Translations under genes and position numbers: made by a program
Notes under the pieces: generated by a model
Told to the model about the DNA's origin: nothing
The model's database searches: none
What the model saw: the letters and a program-made list of their open reading frames with translations, nothing else
In this document: in pieces, positions 50,318 through 59,994 of the stretch
Position numbering within the stretch: position 1 is the first letter of the stretch
Layout: each line of letters opens with the position of its first letter
Assembly: GCA_963666115.2 (NCBI GenBank)
Contig: CAXXET010000006.1
Span: 128,001-192,000, forward strand
Reading direction: 5' to 3'
DNA length: 64,000 nt
Source of the DNA: Dehalococcoidia bacterium
GTDB taxonomy: Bacteria; Chloroflexota; Dehalococcoidia; UBA6926

Positions 50318-51109
50318 GTGAGCAGGTTTGTATCGCTTCATTTGTTGGTTGGGGCGGTTTTGGTTTTGGCAGTGGGGTTCGTTGGGGGGTGTTTTGGGGG
50401 CGGCGGGAGCGGCGGGGATGGTGAGGGGGACGTGCTTGTGCCTGCGCCTTCGGCTACCGCTACTCCGGCGGCTACGATGATTCCTTTGCGGCCTGCCAGT
50501 ACTCCTACTGCTTCCGCTAGTCCCACCGGCGTGGGGAATGAGCCGACTGTGACGCCTGTTCCGGCGGGGCCGACGGCTACTGCGGAGCCTGCGGGGTGGT
50601 GGGTGGTTGCGGAGTCGACGTGGGAGGAGACGTTCCATGTTTCGGTGGAGATTTATGGGGCTTCCACCGTGACATCGGAGGGGGAGTTCCGGGCGCGGAC
50701 CCGGCTTGAGAACGTTGGGGACGAGTCGCAGGAGTATATCCGGTGGAGCCAGTTCGATCCTGCCGTTCCGACGTGGATGGCGCTGCCTGCGCCGCCCGTT
50801 TCCGATGACACTGGGGGGCGGCCTGGGCTGCGGCTGATCGCGCTCCATGCTGACGATGATGATTTCGGGTCGGTGGAGGAATTTCCCAAGACTGAGACGG
50901 GTTCGCTGGAGCCCGGGGGCGTCGTTGAGCGGGAGGTGTCCTGGGATTTGACGGTGGCGGTTTCGGGTTCGCGGGAACGGTCGCCGGCGGCGGACGGGGT
51001 GTATACGCTTCGGGTTGAGCTTTATCCGCGGGGGGGGGATCAGTATCCGGGGTTGCCGGACGTGCTTTTGGAGTTTCCGATTCGGTTGGAGAGGGGAGTG
51101 GGGGGTTAG
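50318..51109 (+). CDS. Hypothetical secreted lipoprotein, Pro/Thr linker plus beta-rich (Ig-like) domain
   Basis: Hydrophobic signal ending VGGC, PT-rich linker, LENVG..SWDL..GVYTLRVEL. Confidence 0.6.
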   Translation: MSRFVSLHLLVGAVLVLAVGFVGGCFGGGGSGGDGEGDVLVPAPSATATPAATMIPLRPASTPTASASPTGVGNEPTVTPVPAGPTATAEPAGWWVVAESTWEETFHVSVEIYGASTVTSEGEFRARTRLENVGDESQEYIRWSQFDPAVPTWMALPAPPVSDDTGGRPGLRLIALHADDDDFGSVEEFPKTETGSLEPGGVVEREVSWDLTVAVSGSRERSPAADGVYTLRVELYPRGGDQYPGLPDVLLEFPIRLERGVGG

Positions 51110-52527
51110 TCGAGGAGTTTTGTGGGGTTCATTATGTTGGCGGGGTCGAGGGCGGTTTTGATGGAGCGGATTAGGTGGACGCCGCCATCGCCGAGTTCTT
51201 TGGGCAATAGGTGCTTGAGGCGGACGCCTACGCCGTGACAGTACTCGACGGTGCCGCCCATGTTTACCGCTTCGGTGATCATGGCGTCTGCGGTTTCGCG
51301 GATGCGCTGCCAGCCGTCGGGACTGCCTGACGGGTCGGCGGCGATGATGGAGAACATCTCCGGCTCTCCCCATACGGCACATTCGACGACGCTCAGGCCG
51401 GCTTCGTCAAACATCTTGATGGCGGCGAACCGCAGGTCGAGCACCTTGGAGATGGGGACGGCGGTGTGGACGTGGGCGCTGCCTCGCCTGCCGCGGTCGC
51501 GCCAGGGGTGTCGTTGGCCTGCGGCGCGTGCTTCCTTGTAGCGGAGGCCGGAGTCGTGGCGGTCTTCCCAGAATGATTGGGCAATCTCAGGGTCCAGCGC
51601 CCGCGCGCCGTATGCGGAGACGATTTCCCAAACGGTCTGCTCCTGGATATCGAGTTCGGCGGAGCCGCCCTCCAGGCTGAGGTGGAGCTGGGAGCGGCCG
51701 GGGGCGTCGGCGATGATGGGCTGGCCGCCGGATTCGGACTCGTCCTCCTGGGCGAAATCGACCATGGCAGGAGTCAGCCCCTCGCTGAAGAGCCGCTCGA
51801 TGGCGAAAAAGCCCTGCTGAAAGCTGTCGAACTCGAGGGCATAGTGGCGTCGTTCTTCGAGTTCGGGATAGACGCGGATTGTCGCTTCGGTAATGACTCC
51901 GAAGATGCCCTCCGTGCCGATGGAGAGGCTCGTCATGTCCAGCCCGGCGGCGACGTGGGGGCGGAGGGCGCGGGTGCGGACGACCTGGCCGGTCGGGAGG
52001 ACGACCTCCAGGCCGACGACCTGGCGCCCCATGGGGCCGTATTTGGCGGCGAGGTAGCCGACGCCGTTGGTTGAGATTGCGCCGCCGACGGTTGCGACGG
52101 GTTGGCTCCAGGGATCATGACCGACGAAGTGGTTGGCGTGCCGGAGGATTTCTTCGAGGTCGCCGAGGACGACGCCGGGCTGGACGGTGGCCGTGCCGTC
52201 CTGGAGGCTGACATCGAGGATCTTGTCCATGGAGGCCATGTCCAGGACGATGCCGGGGACGGTTGTGGACGCGCCGCCCATGACGCCTGTTCCGGCTCCG
52301 TAAGGGATGACGGGGACGCGGGCTTTTGTTGCGGCTTTGAGGATTTCGGCGACGTGGGCGGTGGATTGGGGGCGGATGACGGCGAGGGGTCCTTCGACAG
52401 GCTCAGGATGAAATGAGGGGGTGGGGATGGCGTCTTCGGCGTAGTCGGCGAGGGTGGGGGGGTCAGTGAGGACGTTGTCGCGGCTGACTATTTGGGTGAT
52501 TTCTATGAGGAAGTCGTTGGTGGTCAT
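51106..52527 (-). CDS. FAD-binding oxidoreductase (GlcD/alkyl-DHAP synthase-like)
   Basis: PYGAGTG, ATVGGAIST, GTEGIFGVIT, HGVG, LDPANIMNP; ATG 52527 overlaps the purQ stop. Confidence 0.88.
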   Translation of the reverse strand: MTTNDFLIEITQIVSRDNVLTDPPTLADYAEDAIPTPSFHPEPVEGPLAVIRPQSTAHVAEILKAATKARVPVIPYGAGTGVMGGASTTVPGIVLDMASMDKILDVSLQDGTATVQPGVVLGDLEEILRHANHFVGHDPWSQPVATVGGAISTNGVGYLAAKYGPMGRQVVGLEVVLPTGQVVRTRALRPHVAAGLDMTSLSIGTEGIFGVITEATIRVYPELEERRHYALEFDSFQQGFFAIERLFSEGLTPAMVDFAQEDESESGGQPIIADAPGRSQLHLSLEGGSAELDIQEQTVWEIVSAYGARALDPEIAQSFWEDRHDSGLRYKEARAAGQRHPWRDRGRRGSAHVHTAVPISKVLDLRFAAIKMFDEAGLSVVECAVWGEPEMFSIIAADPSGSPDGWQRIRETADAMITEAVNMGGTVEYCHGVGVRLKHLLPKELGDGGVHLIRSIKTALDPANIMNPTKLLD

Positions 52528-53207
52528 GGTTTGAGGATGGAGGCGAAGATGGGGCGGCCGTCTGTGCTGCCGAGTTCGGGCTCGCAGCAGCGTTCGGGGT
52601 GGGGCATCATGCCGAGGACGTTGCGGTTTTGGTTGACGATGCCGGCGATGTTGGCGAGCGCGCCGTTGGGGTTGGCGCCAGGGGTGATTTCGCCTTCGGG
52701 GGTTGCGTAGCGGAAGATGATGCGGTTTTCGCGTTCGAGTTGGGCGATGGTGTCCGGGTCGGCGAAGTAGTTGCCGTCGCCGTGGGAGATGGGGATGTTG
52801 AGGACATCGCCCTGCTGTGAGAGCGACGTGAAGCGGCTGTCCGTGGTCTCGACGCGGAGGTTGGTCCACTGGCAGCGGTATTGGAGGTGGGCGTTGCGGA
52901 GGAGGGCGCCGGGGAGGAGTTGGGCTTCGCAGAGGACCTGGAAGCCGTTGCAGATGCCTATGACGGTCTTGCCCTCTTCGGCCATGCGGCGGATGCCGTC
53001 CATGACGGGGGAGAAGCGGGCGATTGCGCCGGGGCGGAGGTGGTCGCCGTGGGCAAAGCCGCCGGGGAGGACGGCGAGATCGTAGGCGGAGAGGTCGCTT
53101 TGGGTGTGCCAGACATAGTCCGTGGGGGTGTCAAAGACGTTGGTGAGGACGTGGTGGCAGTCTGCGTCGCTCCAGGTGCCGGGGAAGACTATGACGGCGG
53201 CTTTCAT
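52524..53207 (-). CDS. purQ: Phosphoribosylformylglycinamidine synthase glutaminase subunit
   Basis: LPGGFAHGD, GICNGFQ, NPNG, GMMPHPER. Confidence 0.96.
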   Translation of the reverse strand: MKAAVIVFPGTWSDADCHHVLTNVFDTPTDYVWHTQSDLSAYDLAVLPGGFAHGDHLRPGAIARFSPVMDGIRRMAEEGKTVIGICNGFQVLCEAQLLPGALLRNAHLQYRCQWTNLRVETTDSRFTSLSQQGDVLNIPISHGDGNYFADPDTIAQLERENRIIFRYATPEGEITPGANPNGALANIAGIVNQNRNVLGMMPHPERCCEPELGSTDGRPIFASILKP

Positions 53208-53212
53208 GGTGG

Positions 53213-53665
53213 TCAGGAGAGGAGTTGTTGGACGATGTCTGAGACGTCTTTGCCGTCTGCGCGGCCTCTCATGGCGGGCATGAGGGCGCCCATGACGCGG
53301 CCGCGGTCGGCCATGCTGCGCGCGCCGAGGTCGTCGATGATTTTGCGGGCCTCGGCTTCGATTTCGTCGCGGGAGAGGCGCTCCGGGAGGTAGGACATGA
53401 CGACGGCGAGTTCGGCTTCCTGATCGTCGAGGCCGTCTTCGCGTCCGGCCTTGCGGAACTCGTCGATGGTTTCCTTGCGCTGGCGGGCCTCGCGGGCGAG
53501 GACATCGGCGGCCTCGGTGTCGTCGAGGGCCGTGTTGGGGCCTTTGGCGATGGCGGCGTTCTGGAGGGCGCTGCGCATCATGCGGATGGCGGACAGGCGG
53601 GGGCGGTCACGGTCGCGCATGGCCTGTTTCATGTCTTGTTCAAGTTGTTCGACGATGGTGGACAT
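53213..53665 (-). CDS. GatB/YqeY domain protein
   Basis: DMKQAMR, KAGRE, YLPE, GRVMGALM..GRADG. Confidence 0.9.
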   Translation of the reverse strand: MSTIVEQLEQDMKQAMRDRDRPRLSAIRMMRSALQNAAIAKGPNTALDDTEAADVLAREARQRKETIDEFRKAGREDGLDDQEAELAVVMSYLPERLSRDEIEAEARKIIDDLGARSMADRGRVMGALMPAMRGRADGKDVSDIVQQLLS

Positions 53666-53690
53666 GGGTGAATTATGGCATAAGCGAGTA

Positions 53691-53715
53691 GATTCTTCGC
53701 TGCGCTCAGAATGAC
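53691..53715 (-). repeat. REP-like family A copy overlapping the cmk stop
   Basis: Exact reverse complement of 16386-16410. Confidence 0.85.
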
Positions 53716-54362
53716 ATTGCGAGGATGCGTTGGATTACTTGTTGGGGGGTTAGGTTGTCTGTGGGGATGAGATGGGCATCGTTGGCGGGTTTTAGGGGGG
53801 AATCGGCGCGTTCAAGGTCACGTTGGTCACGTTCCTGGAGTTCGGCGAGGACCTGGGGGTAGTCGCTGGGTTGGCCTCGTTCGAGGGTTTCGGCGTGGCG
53901 GCGTTGGGCGCGGGCTTCGGCGGATGCGTCAAGGTAGATTTTGAGGGGGGCGTCGTAGAGGACGACTGTGCCGATGTCGCGTCCGACCATGACGACGCGG
54001 CCATTTGCCCGCTCCGCCATGTTTCGCTGCATTGCGACGAGGACGCGGCGGACGCCGGAGAGGATGGCGACGCGGGATGCGGCGGCTGCGACTTCGGGGG
54101 AGGCGATCACATCGCTGATGTCCTCGCCGTTTATGGTTACGCGGGAGTCATCGACGGCGATTTCCGAGCGCTGCGCCAGGGGGACAACGGTGTCTTCGGA
54201 CCAGTCTTGCAGATTGGCTCGCAGGGCGAGCAGGCCGACGGCGCGGTAGAAGAGGCCGGTATCGACAAAAGTCCATCCGAGGGCCTGGGCGACGCCGCGC
54301 CCGACGGTGGTCTTGCCGGACGCGACGGGGCCGTCGAGGGCGATGGGGCCTGGATGTGTCAT
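53706..54362 (-). CDS. cmk: Cytidylate kinase
   Basis: IALDGPVASGKTT, DTGLFYR, GRDIGTVV, RDQRD..R..SPL. Confidence 0.94.
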   Translation of the reverse strand: MTHPGPIALDGPVASGKTTVGRGVAQALGWTFVDTGLFYRAVGLLALRANLQDWSEDTVVPLAQRSEIAVDDSRVTINGEDISDVIASPEVAAAASRVAILSGVRRVLVAMQRNMAERANGRVVMVGRDIGTVVLYDAPLKIYLDASAEARAQRRHAETLERGQPSDYPQVLAELQERDQRDLERADSPLKPANDAHLIPTDNLTPQQVIQRILAMSF

Positions 54363-54416
54363 GGATGCGCCCCCTGTGCGCGCGTGTATGGGCGCGAGTC
54401 ATGCCATAATCTAGCC

Positions 54417-54944
54417 ATGAACAACTGGGTGGACTTTGTGATTCTTGCCGCGCTTGCGGCGCCGGCCTTCGGGGGTCTGCGGGTCGGGCTGATCAAGGCT
54501 GTGACGAGCTTCGCGTCCATTATCATCGGCATCACGCTTGCCACGCTGTTCTGGCGGCAGGCGGCGGCCCTCGTCGAGGCGTTCGTGTCCGATGAGCGGC
54601 TGGCGGCATTCATTGGCTATTCGTCGATTGTCCTTGTCGTCATTATCATAGGTGTTGTCGTCGCATTCTTCCTGCGGACGCTGCTGACGATGCTGCTGCT
54701 GGGCTGGGTGGACAAGGTGGGGGGCGTGGTATTCGGGCTCGCCATCGGGAGTATTATCGTTGCGACAATGATTTTCGCGCTTGAGTCGTTCGGAGGCACA
54801 TTTGGCAAGGAGGCGCTGGCCGGGTCGGCGCTGAGCGGCTATTTCGACTTCCTCGTGCCCATCCTGCGGGAGGTCGCGGGGGATATCGACTTGCCGTCGG
54901 TCAGCCCGTCGAACGTCGTGGACCTGGTGCGCAGCGATGGATAA
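54417..54944 (+). CDS. CvpA family membrane protein
   Basis: MNNWVD..GLRVGLIK..LGWVDKVGGVVFG. Confidence 0.85.
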   Translation: MNNWVDFVILAALAAPAFGGLRVGLIKAVTSFASIIIGITLATLFWRQAAALVEAFVSDERLAAFIGYSSIVLVVIIIGVVVAFFLRTLLTMLLLGWVDKVGGVVFGLAIGSIIVATMIFALESFGGTFGKEALAGSALSGYFDFLVPILREVAGDIDLPSVSPSNVVDLVRSDG

Positions 54945-55536
54945 GAGCGCGACCAACGGCGCAGCGACGGCGGATCGGGAGACCGGGCGGCCGGGCGTGG
55001 CGCAGATTCTCAATTCCGCGGTTCTCGTGCTGAACGGCAATTTCGAGCCGCTGAACGTGACGCGGGTTCGACGCGCGCTGCTGCTGTTGATCCGGGGCAA
55101 GGCGGAGATGATCGAGAACGGGCGGGGGCACCTGCAGGCGGAGACGGCGCGGCTGGAGGTGCCGTCCGTGATCCGGTTGTCCAGCTACGTGCGGCGTCCC
55201 ATCCAGCCGCTGCGGCTTACTCGACGCGACGTGTTTTTGCGGGACGGGAACACGTGCCAGTACTGCGGGAAGCCGTCCAGGGAGTTGACGCTGGATCACG
55301 TGCTGCCGCGTCACCGGGGCGGGCAGAACACGTGGGACAACGTGGTGGCGGCGTGCGTGCGGTGCAATCACCGCAAGGCGGGGCGGACGCCACGGGAGGC
55401 GGGGATGCACCTGCTGACTGTACCCGTTGCGCCGCGCCCGAATCCGTATCACACGTTCTACCGGTTCCTGGGGGCGAATGAGAGCTGGAGGAAGTTCTTC
55501 CCGGAGCCGCGCAGAGGGTCGTCACACGGGCTATAA
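54937..55536 (+). CDS. HNH endonuclease family protein
   Basis: VLVLNGNFEPL, RDGNTCQYCG, TLDHVLPR.RGG..W.NVVAAC..CN. Confidence 0.9.
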   Translation: MDKSATNGAATADRETGRPGVAQILNSAVLVLNGNFEPLNVTRVRRALLLLIRGKAEMIENGRGHLQAETARLEVPSVIRLSSYVRRPIQPLRLTRRDVFLRDGNTCQYCGKPSRELTLDHVLPRHRGGQNTWDNVVAACVRCNHRKAGRTPREAGMHLLTVPVAPRPNPYHTFYRFLGANESWRKFFPEPRRGSSHGL

Positions 55537-55600
55537 TAGGGTAGTGATCGATTTCCAACCGACAACCCGGACAACCGTGATTCGAAGGAGCTAGACAGGC

Positions 55601-55852
55601 ATGGCGTACATCATCGCAGAGCCCTGCATCGACCTGAAAGACGCCTCATGCGTCGATGTGTGTCCCGTGGACTGCATCCACACGACGGACGAGGACAACA
55701 TGTACTACATCCACCCGGATGAGTGCATCGACTGCGCGGCCTGCGAGCCTGTTTGCCCGGTGACCGCCATCTTCGAGGAGAGCGAACTCCCTGAGGAGTG
55801 GAACAGCTTCATCGCGCTGAACCGGGATTGGCCGGGCTGGGACGCGCGGTAA
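55601..55852 (+). CDS. Ferredoxin (3Fe-4S/4Fe-4S type)
   Basis: C..(KDAS)CVDVCPVDC and CIDCAACEPVCP. Confidence 0.93.
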   Translation: MAYIIAEPCIDLKDASCVDVCPVDCIHTTDEDNMYYIHPDECIDCAACEPVCPVTAIFEESELPEEWNSFIALNRDWPGWDAR

Positions 55853-56435
55853 GGCGCCGTTTTTTCAGCAGCAGGAAGTATTCGCGATTTCCTTTCGGGC
55901 CCATAAGCGAAGACTCGCGCACGCCCAGAACCTGGAGCCCGTTTTCGATTGCCCATAGGGCCACATCGGCGATTGCGCTTGCCCGCGCGGCGGGAGATTT
56001 GACTACGCCGCCCCGGCCTACTGATTCGCGTCCGGCTTCGAACTGCGGCTTGACGAGGGCCAGGATAATGCCGCCGGGGGTGAGGGTTTCGATGATGCTG
56101 GGCAGGACGAGGCGCAGCGAGATAAAAGACACGTCCGCGACGGCGAAGCTGATTGGCTCTTCGATTTCGAGGGGATGGCGGGCGTTGCGGCGCTCCATGA
56201 CGACCACGCGGAGGTCGTTGCGCAGCGTCCACGCAAGCTGGCCGTATCCGACGTCGACCGCGTAGACGCGATCCGCGCCGCGCTTCAGCAGGCAGTCGGT
56301 GAATCCGCCGGTGGACGCCCCGACATCGAGGCAGACGAGGCCGGCAGGATCGAGGGCGAATGCGTCGAGGGCACCGGCGAGCTTGACGCCGCCTCGGCTC
56401 ACATAGTCCCCGCGCGATTGTTTTTGGCGCGACAT
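55809..56435 (-). CDS. tlyA: TlyA family rRNA 2'-O-methyltransferase (no S4 domain)
   Basis: YVSRGGVKL, LDVGASTGGFTD, DVSFISL, VKPQFE, GPKGNREY. Confidence 0.9.
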   Translation of the reverse strand: MSRQKQSRGDYVSRGGVKLAGALDAFALDPAGLVCLDVGASTGGFTDCLLKRGADRVYAVDVGYGQLAWTLRNDLRVVVMERRNARHPLEIEEPISFAVADVSFISLRLVLPSIIETLTPGGIILALVKPQFEAGRESVGRGGVVKSPAARASAIADVALWAIENGLQVLGVRESSLMGPKGNREYFLLLKKRRLTARPSPANPGSAR

Positions 56436-56487
56436 ATCGCCCCTACAGTATCATTTGCGTGCGATATGGACGGGAGGGATATGTCCG

Positions 56488-57378
56488 ATGGCAGTTCTGC
56501 GCCTGCTCCGCCCGACGCAGTGGACGAAGAACGGGCTGCTGTTCCTGGCATTCGCCTTTTCGTTGAACCTGCACTGGGACCTTGACGATACGGCGGCGGC
56601 GCTGCGGCTGCTGGCGCAGGCGGCGATTGGGGCGGTCATCTACATCGGGCTGTCCGGCGCGACGTACATCATCAATGACATCATCGACGCGGACCGGGAC
56701 AGGGCGCATCCGACCAAGCGGGAGAGGCCGATTGCCGCGGGATACGTGACGCCGACTGTTGGCGGGTTCGTGTCCGCCGCGCTGCTCGTCGCGTGCCTGG
56801 GCGGGGCGTTCGCGATGAGCCCGCTGATGGGGCTGATCGCGGCGGGGTACGTCAGCCTGACCATCGGCTATTCGGCGCTGTTGAAGAATGTTGTGATCAT
56901 CGACGTGACGGCGGTTGCGGCGGCGTACCTGATCCGCGTCATGGCGGGGGCGGCGGCCATCGACGTGCCGATCTCGCCGTGGCTGTACGTGTGCACGACG
57001 TTGGGGGCGCTCTTGATCGCGATTGGCAAGCGGCACGGCGAGGTTGGGCTGATGGAGGACGGGGCGACGGGCAGCCGGGGCACGCTGGATCATTACACCA
57101 CCCCTCTGCTGAACCGGATGATTGCGGTGGTCGCGCCAGCGGCGTTGATCGCGTATGCGCTGTACACGGTCACGGCTCCGAATCTGCCGACGCAGATGAT
57201 CTTGACGATTCCGTTCATGCTGTACGGGGTGTTTCGCTACTTGCAGCTGGTGCGGATGGGGCAGATTACGGGGGAGCCGGAGCGAGTGCTGCTGCAGGAC
57301 AGGCCGATGATGCTGGCGGTGATTGCGTGGATGATGGCGGTCATCGCTATTTTATTGGTGTTCCCGCGCCCGGGCTAG
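56488..57378 (+). CDS. UbiA family prenyltransferase (decaprenyl-phosphate phosphoribosyltransferase-like)
   Basis: LRPTQWTKN, YIINDIIDADRDRAHPTKRERPIAAG, GKRHGE. Confidence 0.88.
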   Translation: MAVLRLLRPTQWTKNGLLFLAFAFSLNLHWDLDDTAAALRLLAQAAIGAVIYIGLSGATYIINDIIDADRDRAHPTKRERPIAAGYVTPTVGGFVSAALLVACLGGAFAMSPLMGLIAAGYVSLTIGYSALLKNVVIIDVTAVAAAYLIRVMAGAAAIDVPISPWLYVCTTLGALLIAIGKRHGEVGLMEDGATGSRGTLDHYTTPLLNRMIAVVAPAALIAYALYTVTAPNLPTQMILTIPFMLYGVFRYLQLVRMGQITGEPERVLLQDRPMMLAVIAWMMAVIAILLVFPRPG

Positions 57379-57409
57379 GTTATGATGCTTTGGGGGGCAG
57401 CGGGTATTC

Positions 57410-57958
57410 ATGTCATCGTCGCCGTATCGGGTCAGCATTCTTGCGGAGGAGCCGCATCGCAAGGCGGTCACCCAGCGCTGGGTGCGTGAGGTTATCCGCC
57501 GCGCCCTGGCGGCGGAGGATGCGCCGGCGGGCGGCCGCGTTGAAGTGCTCATCGCAGGGGACGCCACCGTTTCGTCGCTGAACCGGCAGTTTCTTGCGCA
57601 GCAGGGGACGACGGACGTGCTGTCGTTTCCCGCCGAGGCGTTGGCCGGGGAAGACGATTGGCCGACGAATACGGGGGCGGCGCGCGGCGACCTCGGCATG
57701 ATCGTGCTGTCCGCGCCGCAGGCTGCCGCGCAGGCGGAGGCCAACGGTTTGAGCGTCGAAGAGGAAACGGCCCACCTGCTCGTGCATGCGATTCTTCACC
57801 TGCTTGGGCATGACCACGTGCTGAGCGAGGATGAGGAAACGATGCGGGCGCGGGAGGACGCCATCCTGATGGACGTCATCGGCAGGCCGGTTCACGGCAC
57901 GGAGCCGATGGCGTCGTCGCATTCCGACGCGCACGAGGCGGCGGGGCAGGCGCTATGA
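57410..57958 (+). CDS. ybeY: rRNA maturation endonuclease YbeY
   Basis: LNRQF, TDVLSFP, HAILHLLGHDH. Confidence 0.93.
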   Translation: MSSSPYRVSILAEEPHRKAVTQRWVREVIRRALAAEDAPAGGRVEVLIAGDATVSSLNRQFLAQQGTTDVLSFPAEALAGEDDWPTNTGAARGDLGMIVLSAPQAAAQAEANGLSVEEETAHLLVHAILHLLGHDHVLSEDEETMRAREDAILMDVIGRPVHGTEPMASSHSDAHEAAGQAL

Positions 57959-59646
57959 CAACTGAACAGGCCGCTCAGGGCCCGCACCAGGTTCTCTATC
58001 GCAAGTGGCGTCCGCAGACGCTGGAGCAGGTTGTCGGGCAGGAGCACATTACGCAGACGCTCCTGAACGCGCTGGAGCGGGACAGGGTGGGTCATGCGTA
58101 CCTGTTCACCGGGCCGCGCGGGACGGGGAAGACGAGCACGGCGCGGATACTGGCGAAGGCGATCAACTGCGAGCCGACGGGCGGGCGGGGCGAGCCGTGC
58201 AATGAGTGCGAGCCCTGCCAGCAGATCACCGACGCATCGTTCCTCGATCTCGTGGAGATCGACGGGGCGTCGAACCGGGGCATCGACGAGATTCGCGACC
58301 TGCGCGAGAAGGTGCGGTTCATGCCGGCGCGGGGGCGGAAGAAGGTGTACATCATAGATGAGGTACACATGCTTACGGCGGCGGCGTTCAACGCGCTGCT
58401 GAAGACGCTGGAGGAGCCGCCGGACCACGTGGTGTTCCTATTGGCGACGACGGAGCCGCACGCCGTTCCGCTGACCATCGCGTCGCGGTGCCAGCGGTTT
58501 GATTTCCAGCGCATCCCGGAGGAACGGGCGGCGTCGCTGCTGGGGGAGATTGCCCATGCAGAGGGGCTGAGCATGGAGGCGGAGGCGCTGAACACGGTGG
58601 TGAAGGCGTCCGGGGGCAGCCTGCGGGATGCGGAGAACCTGCTGGAGCAGCTTGCGCTGACGGCGGGCGCGGACGCGACGGCGAACGATGCGCGGCAGTT
58701 GTTCGGCATCGCGGGGTCGGGGCGGGCGCGGGAGTTGATCGCGTCGCTGCTGGGAGAGAAGGATTTGGCGGCGGGGCTGCGCGGGCTTTCGGCCCTGCAC
58801 GCGGCGGGGGTGGACATGCGGCAGATTCACCGCGAGCTGGTGAATGAGCTGCGGGCGCTGATGCTGGTGCGGGCAGGGGCGGCGGACGTGCTGGATATAT
58901 CCGATGATGAGATTGGGTCGGCGCGGGGGCTGGCGGAGAAGATCGAGCTGCCGGTGATTCGCCACGCGCTGGGGCAGATTGCGCCGTTGTCCGTGCCGAG
59001 CGGGAGCGCGCCGCTGCCGTTGGAGATGGCGTTTGCGGGCATTTCGCTGAGCGAGGCGCCGGCGCGTCAACCGCAACCCCAACAGCAGTCACAGCCACAG
59101 CAGTCACAGCCGCAGCAGCGGGCCCCCCAGTCCAAGCCTGAGCCTGCCCAGCCACGGCAGGAGCCTGCGCGGCCAAGCAGTCCGTCGCGAGCGGAACCCG
59201 AGTACCCGCGCCAGGGCGCGCGGCAATCGCCGATGGTTTCGCAGAAGCAGGGCAGCGCGGAGCCGTTTGAGATGCCGGAGGGCGACCTGACATTTGAGGT
59301 CTTGAAGGACAAGTGGCGGCAACTGGTCGACGGACTGCGCGGGGTTGGCTCGGCAGGGAATCTCGACGCATTCCTGCGCAGCGTGTCCCAGCCGCTGGCC
59401 ATCGAGAACGACAACACGATCGTGATTGGGTTCATGCACGACTTTCACAAGAACAAGATCGACGACCCGAAGTACCGCCATCTGGTCGAACAGCGCTTCG
59501 CGCACCTGCTCGGGAAGCATTACACGATTCGATGCGAGAAGATCGGGCAGGAGGAGCGCAGCGGGGGGCACCTGGTGCGGGCGGCGCAGGCGATGGGCGG
59601 GCGGGTGGTCTCGGGGCGGGACCAGGACGAGGGCGACGCGGGCTAG
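57955..59646 (+). CDS. dnaX: DNA polymerase III subunit gamma/tau
   Basis: LYRKWRP, GPRGTGKTS, IIDEVHML, NALLKTLEEPP, SRCQRF. Confidence 0.96.
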   Translation: MTTEQAAQGPHQVLYRKWRPQTLEQVVGQEHITQTLLNALERDRVGHAYLFTGPRGTGKTSTARILAKAINCEPTGGRGEPCNECEPCQQITDASFLDLVEIDGASNRGIDEIRDLREKVRFMPARGRKKVYIIDEVHMLTAAAFNALLKTLEEPPDHVVFLLATTEPHAVPLTIASRCQRFDFQRIPEERAASLLGEIAHAEGLSMEAEALNTVVKASGGSLRDAENLLEQLALTAGADATANDARQLFGIAGSGRARELIASLLGEKDLAAGLRGLSALHAAGVDMRQIHRELVNELRALMLVRAGAADVLDISDDEIGSARGLAEKIELPVIRHALGQIAPLSVPSGSAPLPLEMAFAGISLSEAPARQPQPQQQSQPQQSQPQQRAPQSKPEPAQPRQEPARPSSPSRAEPEYPRQGARQSPMVSQKQGSAEPFEMPEGDLTFEVLKDKWRQLVDGLRGVGSAGNLDAFLRSVSQPLAIENDNTIVIGFMHDFHKNKIDDPKYRHLVEQRFAHLLGKHYTIRCEKIGQEERSGGHLVRAAQAMGGRVVSGRDQDEGDAG

Positions 59647-59671
59647 GCGCGCGTCGCGGGAGGGCAGGCGG

Positions 59672-59980
59672 ATGGGGATGAACCGGAACATGATGCGCCA
59701 GATGCAGCAACTCCAGTCGAAGCTGGAGAAGGCGCAGAACGAGTTGGGGGAGATGACGGTTGAGGGGAGCGCCGGGGGCGGGGCGGTGACGGTGGTCATG
59801 GACGGGCACCAGACGATCCGCTCGGTGTCCATCGCGCCGGAGGCGGTTGACCCGGAGGACATTGAGACGCTGGAAGACCTGGTGCTCGGCGCGGCCAACG
59901 ACGCGAACAACAAGGCCAAGGATCTGGCCAGCAGCCACCTCGGCTCCATCACGGGCGGGCTGGGGCTGCCCAATTTCTAG
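59672..59980 (+). CDS. ybaB: YbaB/EbfC nucleoid-associated protein
   Basis: QMQQLQ..GSAGGGAVTV..LEDLV; between dnaX and recR. Confidence 0.92.
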   Translation: MGMNRNMMRQMQQLQSKLEKAQNELGEMTVEGSAGGGAVTVVMDGHQTIRSVSIAPEAVDPEDIETLEDLVLGAANDANNKAKDLASSHLGSITGGLGLPNF

Positions 59981-59994
59981 CGTTCGGGGCGAAC

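Noticed and set aside
50150-51382. 1392-aa version of the repeat lipoprotein
   Set aside because: The extension is antisense to the 50318 gene; signal peptide and paralog alignment start at 50149
54937-55536. HNH nuclease as a defence or mobile element
   Set aside because: Resembles the widespread stand-alone HNH type in a housekeeping context with host-like composition
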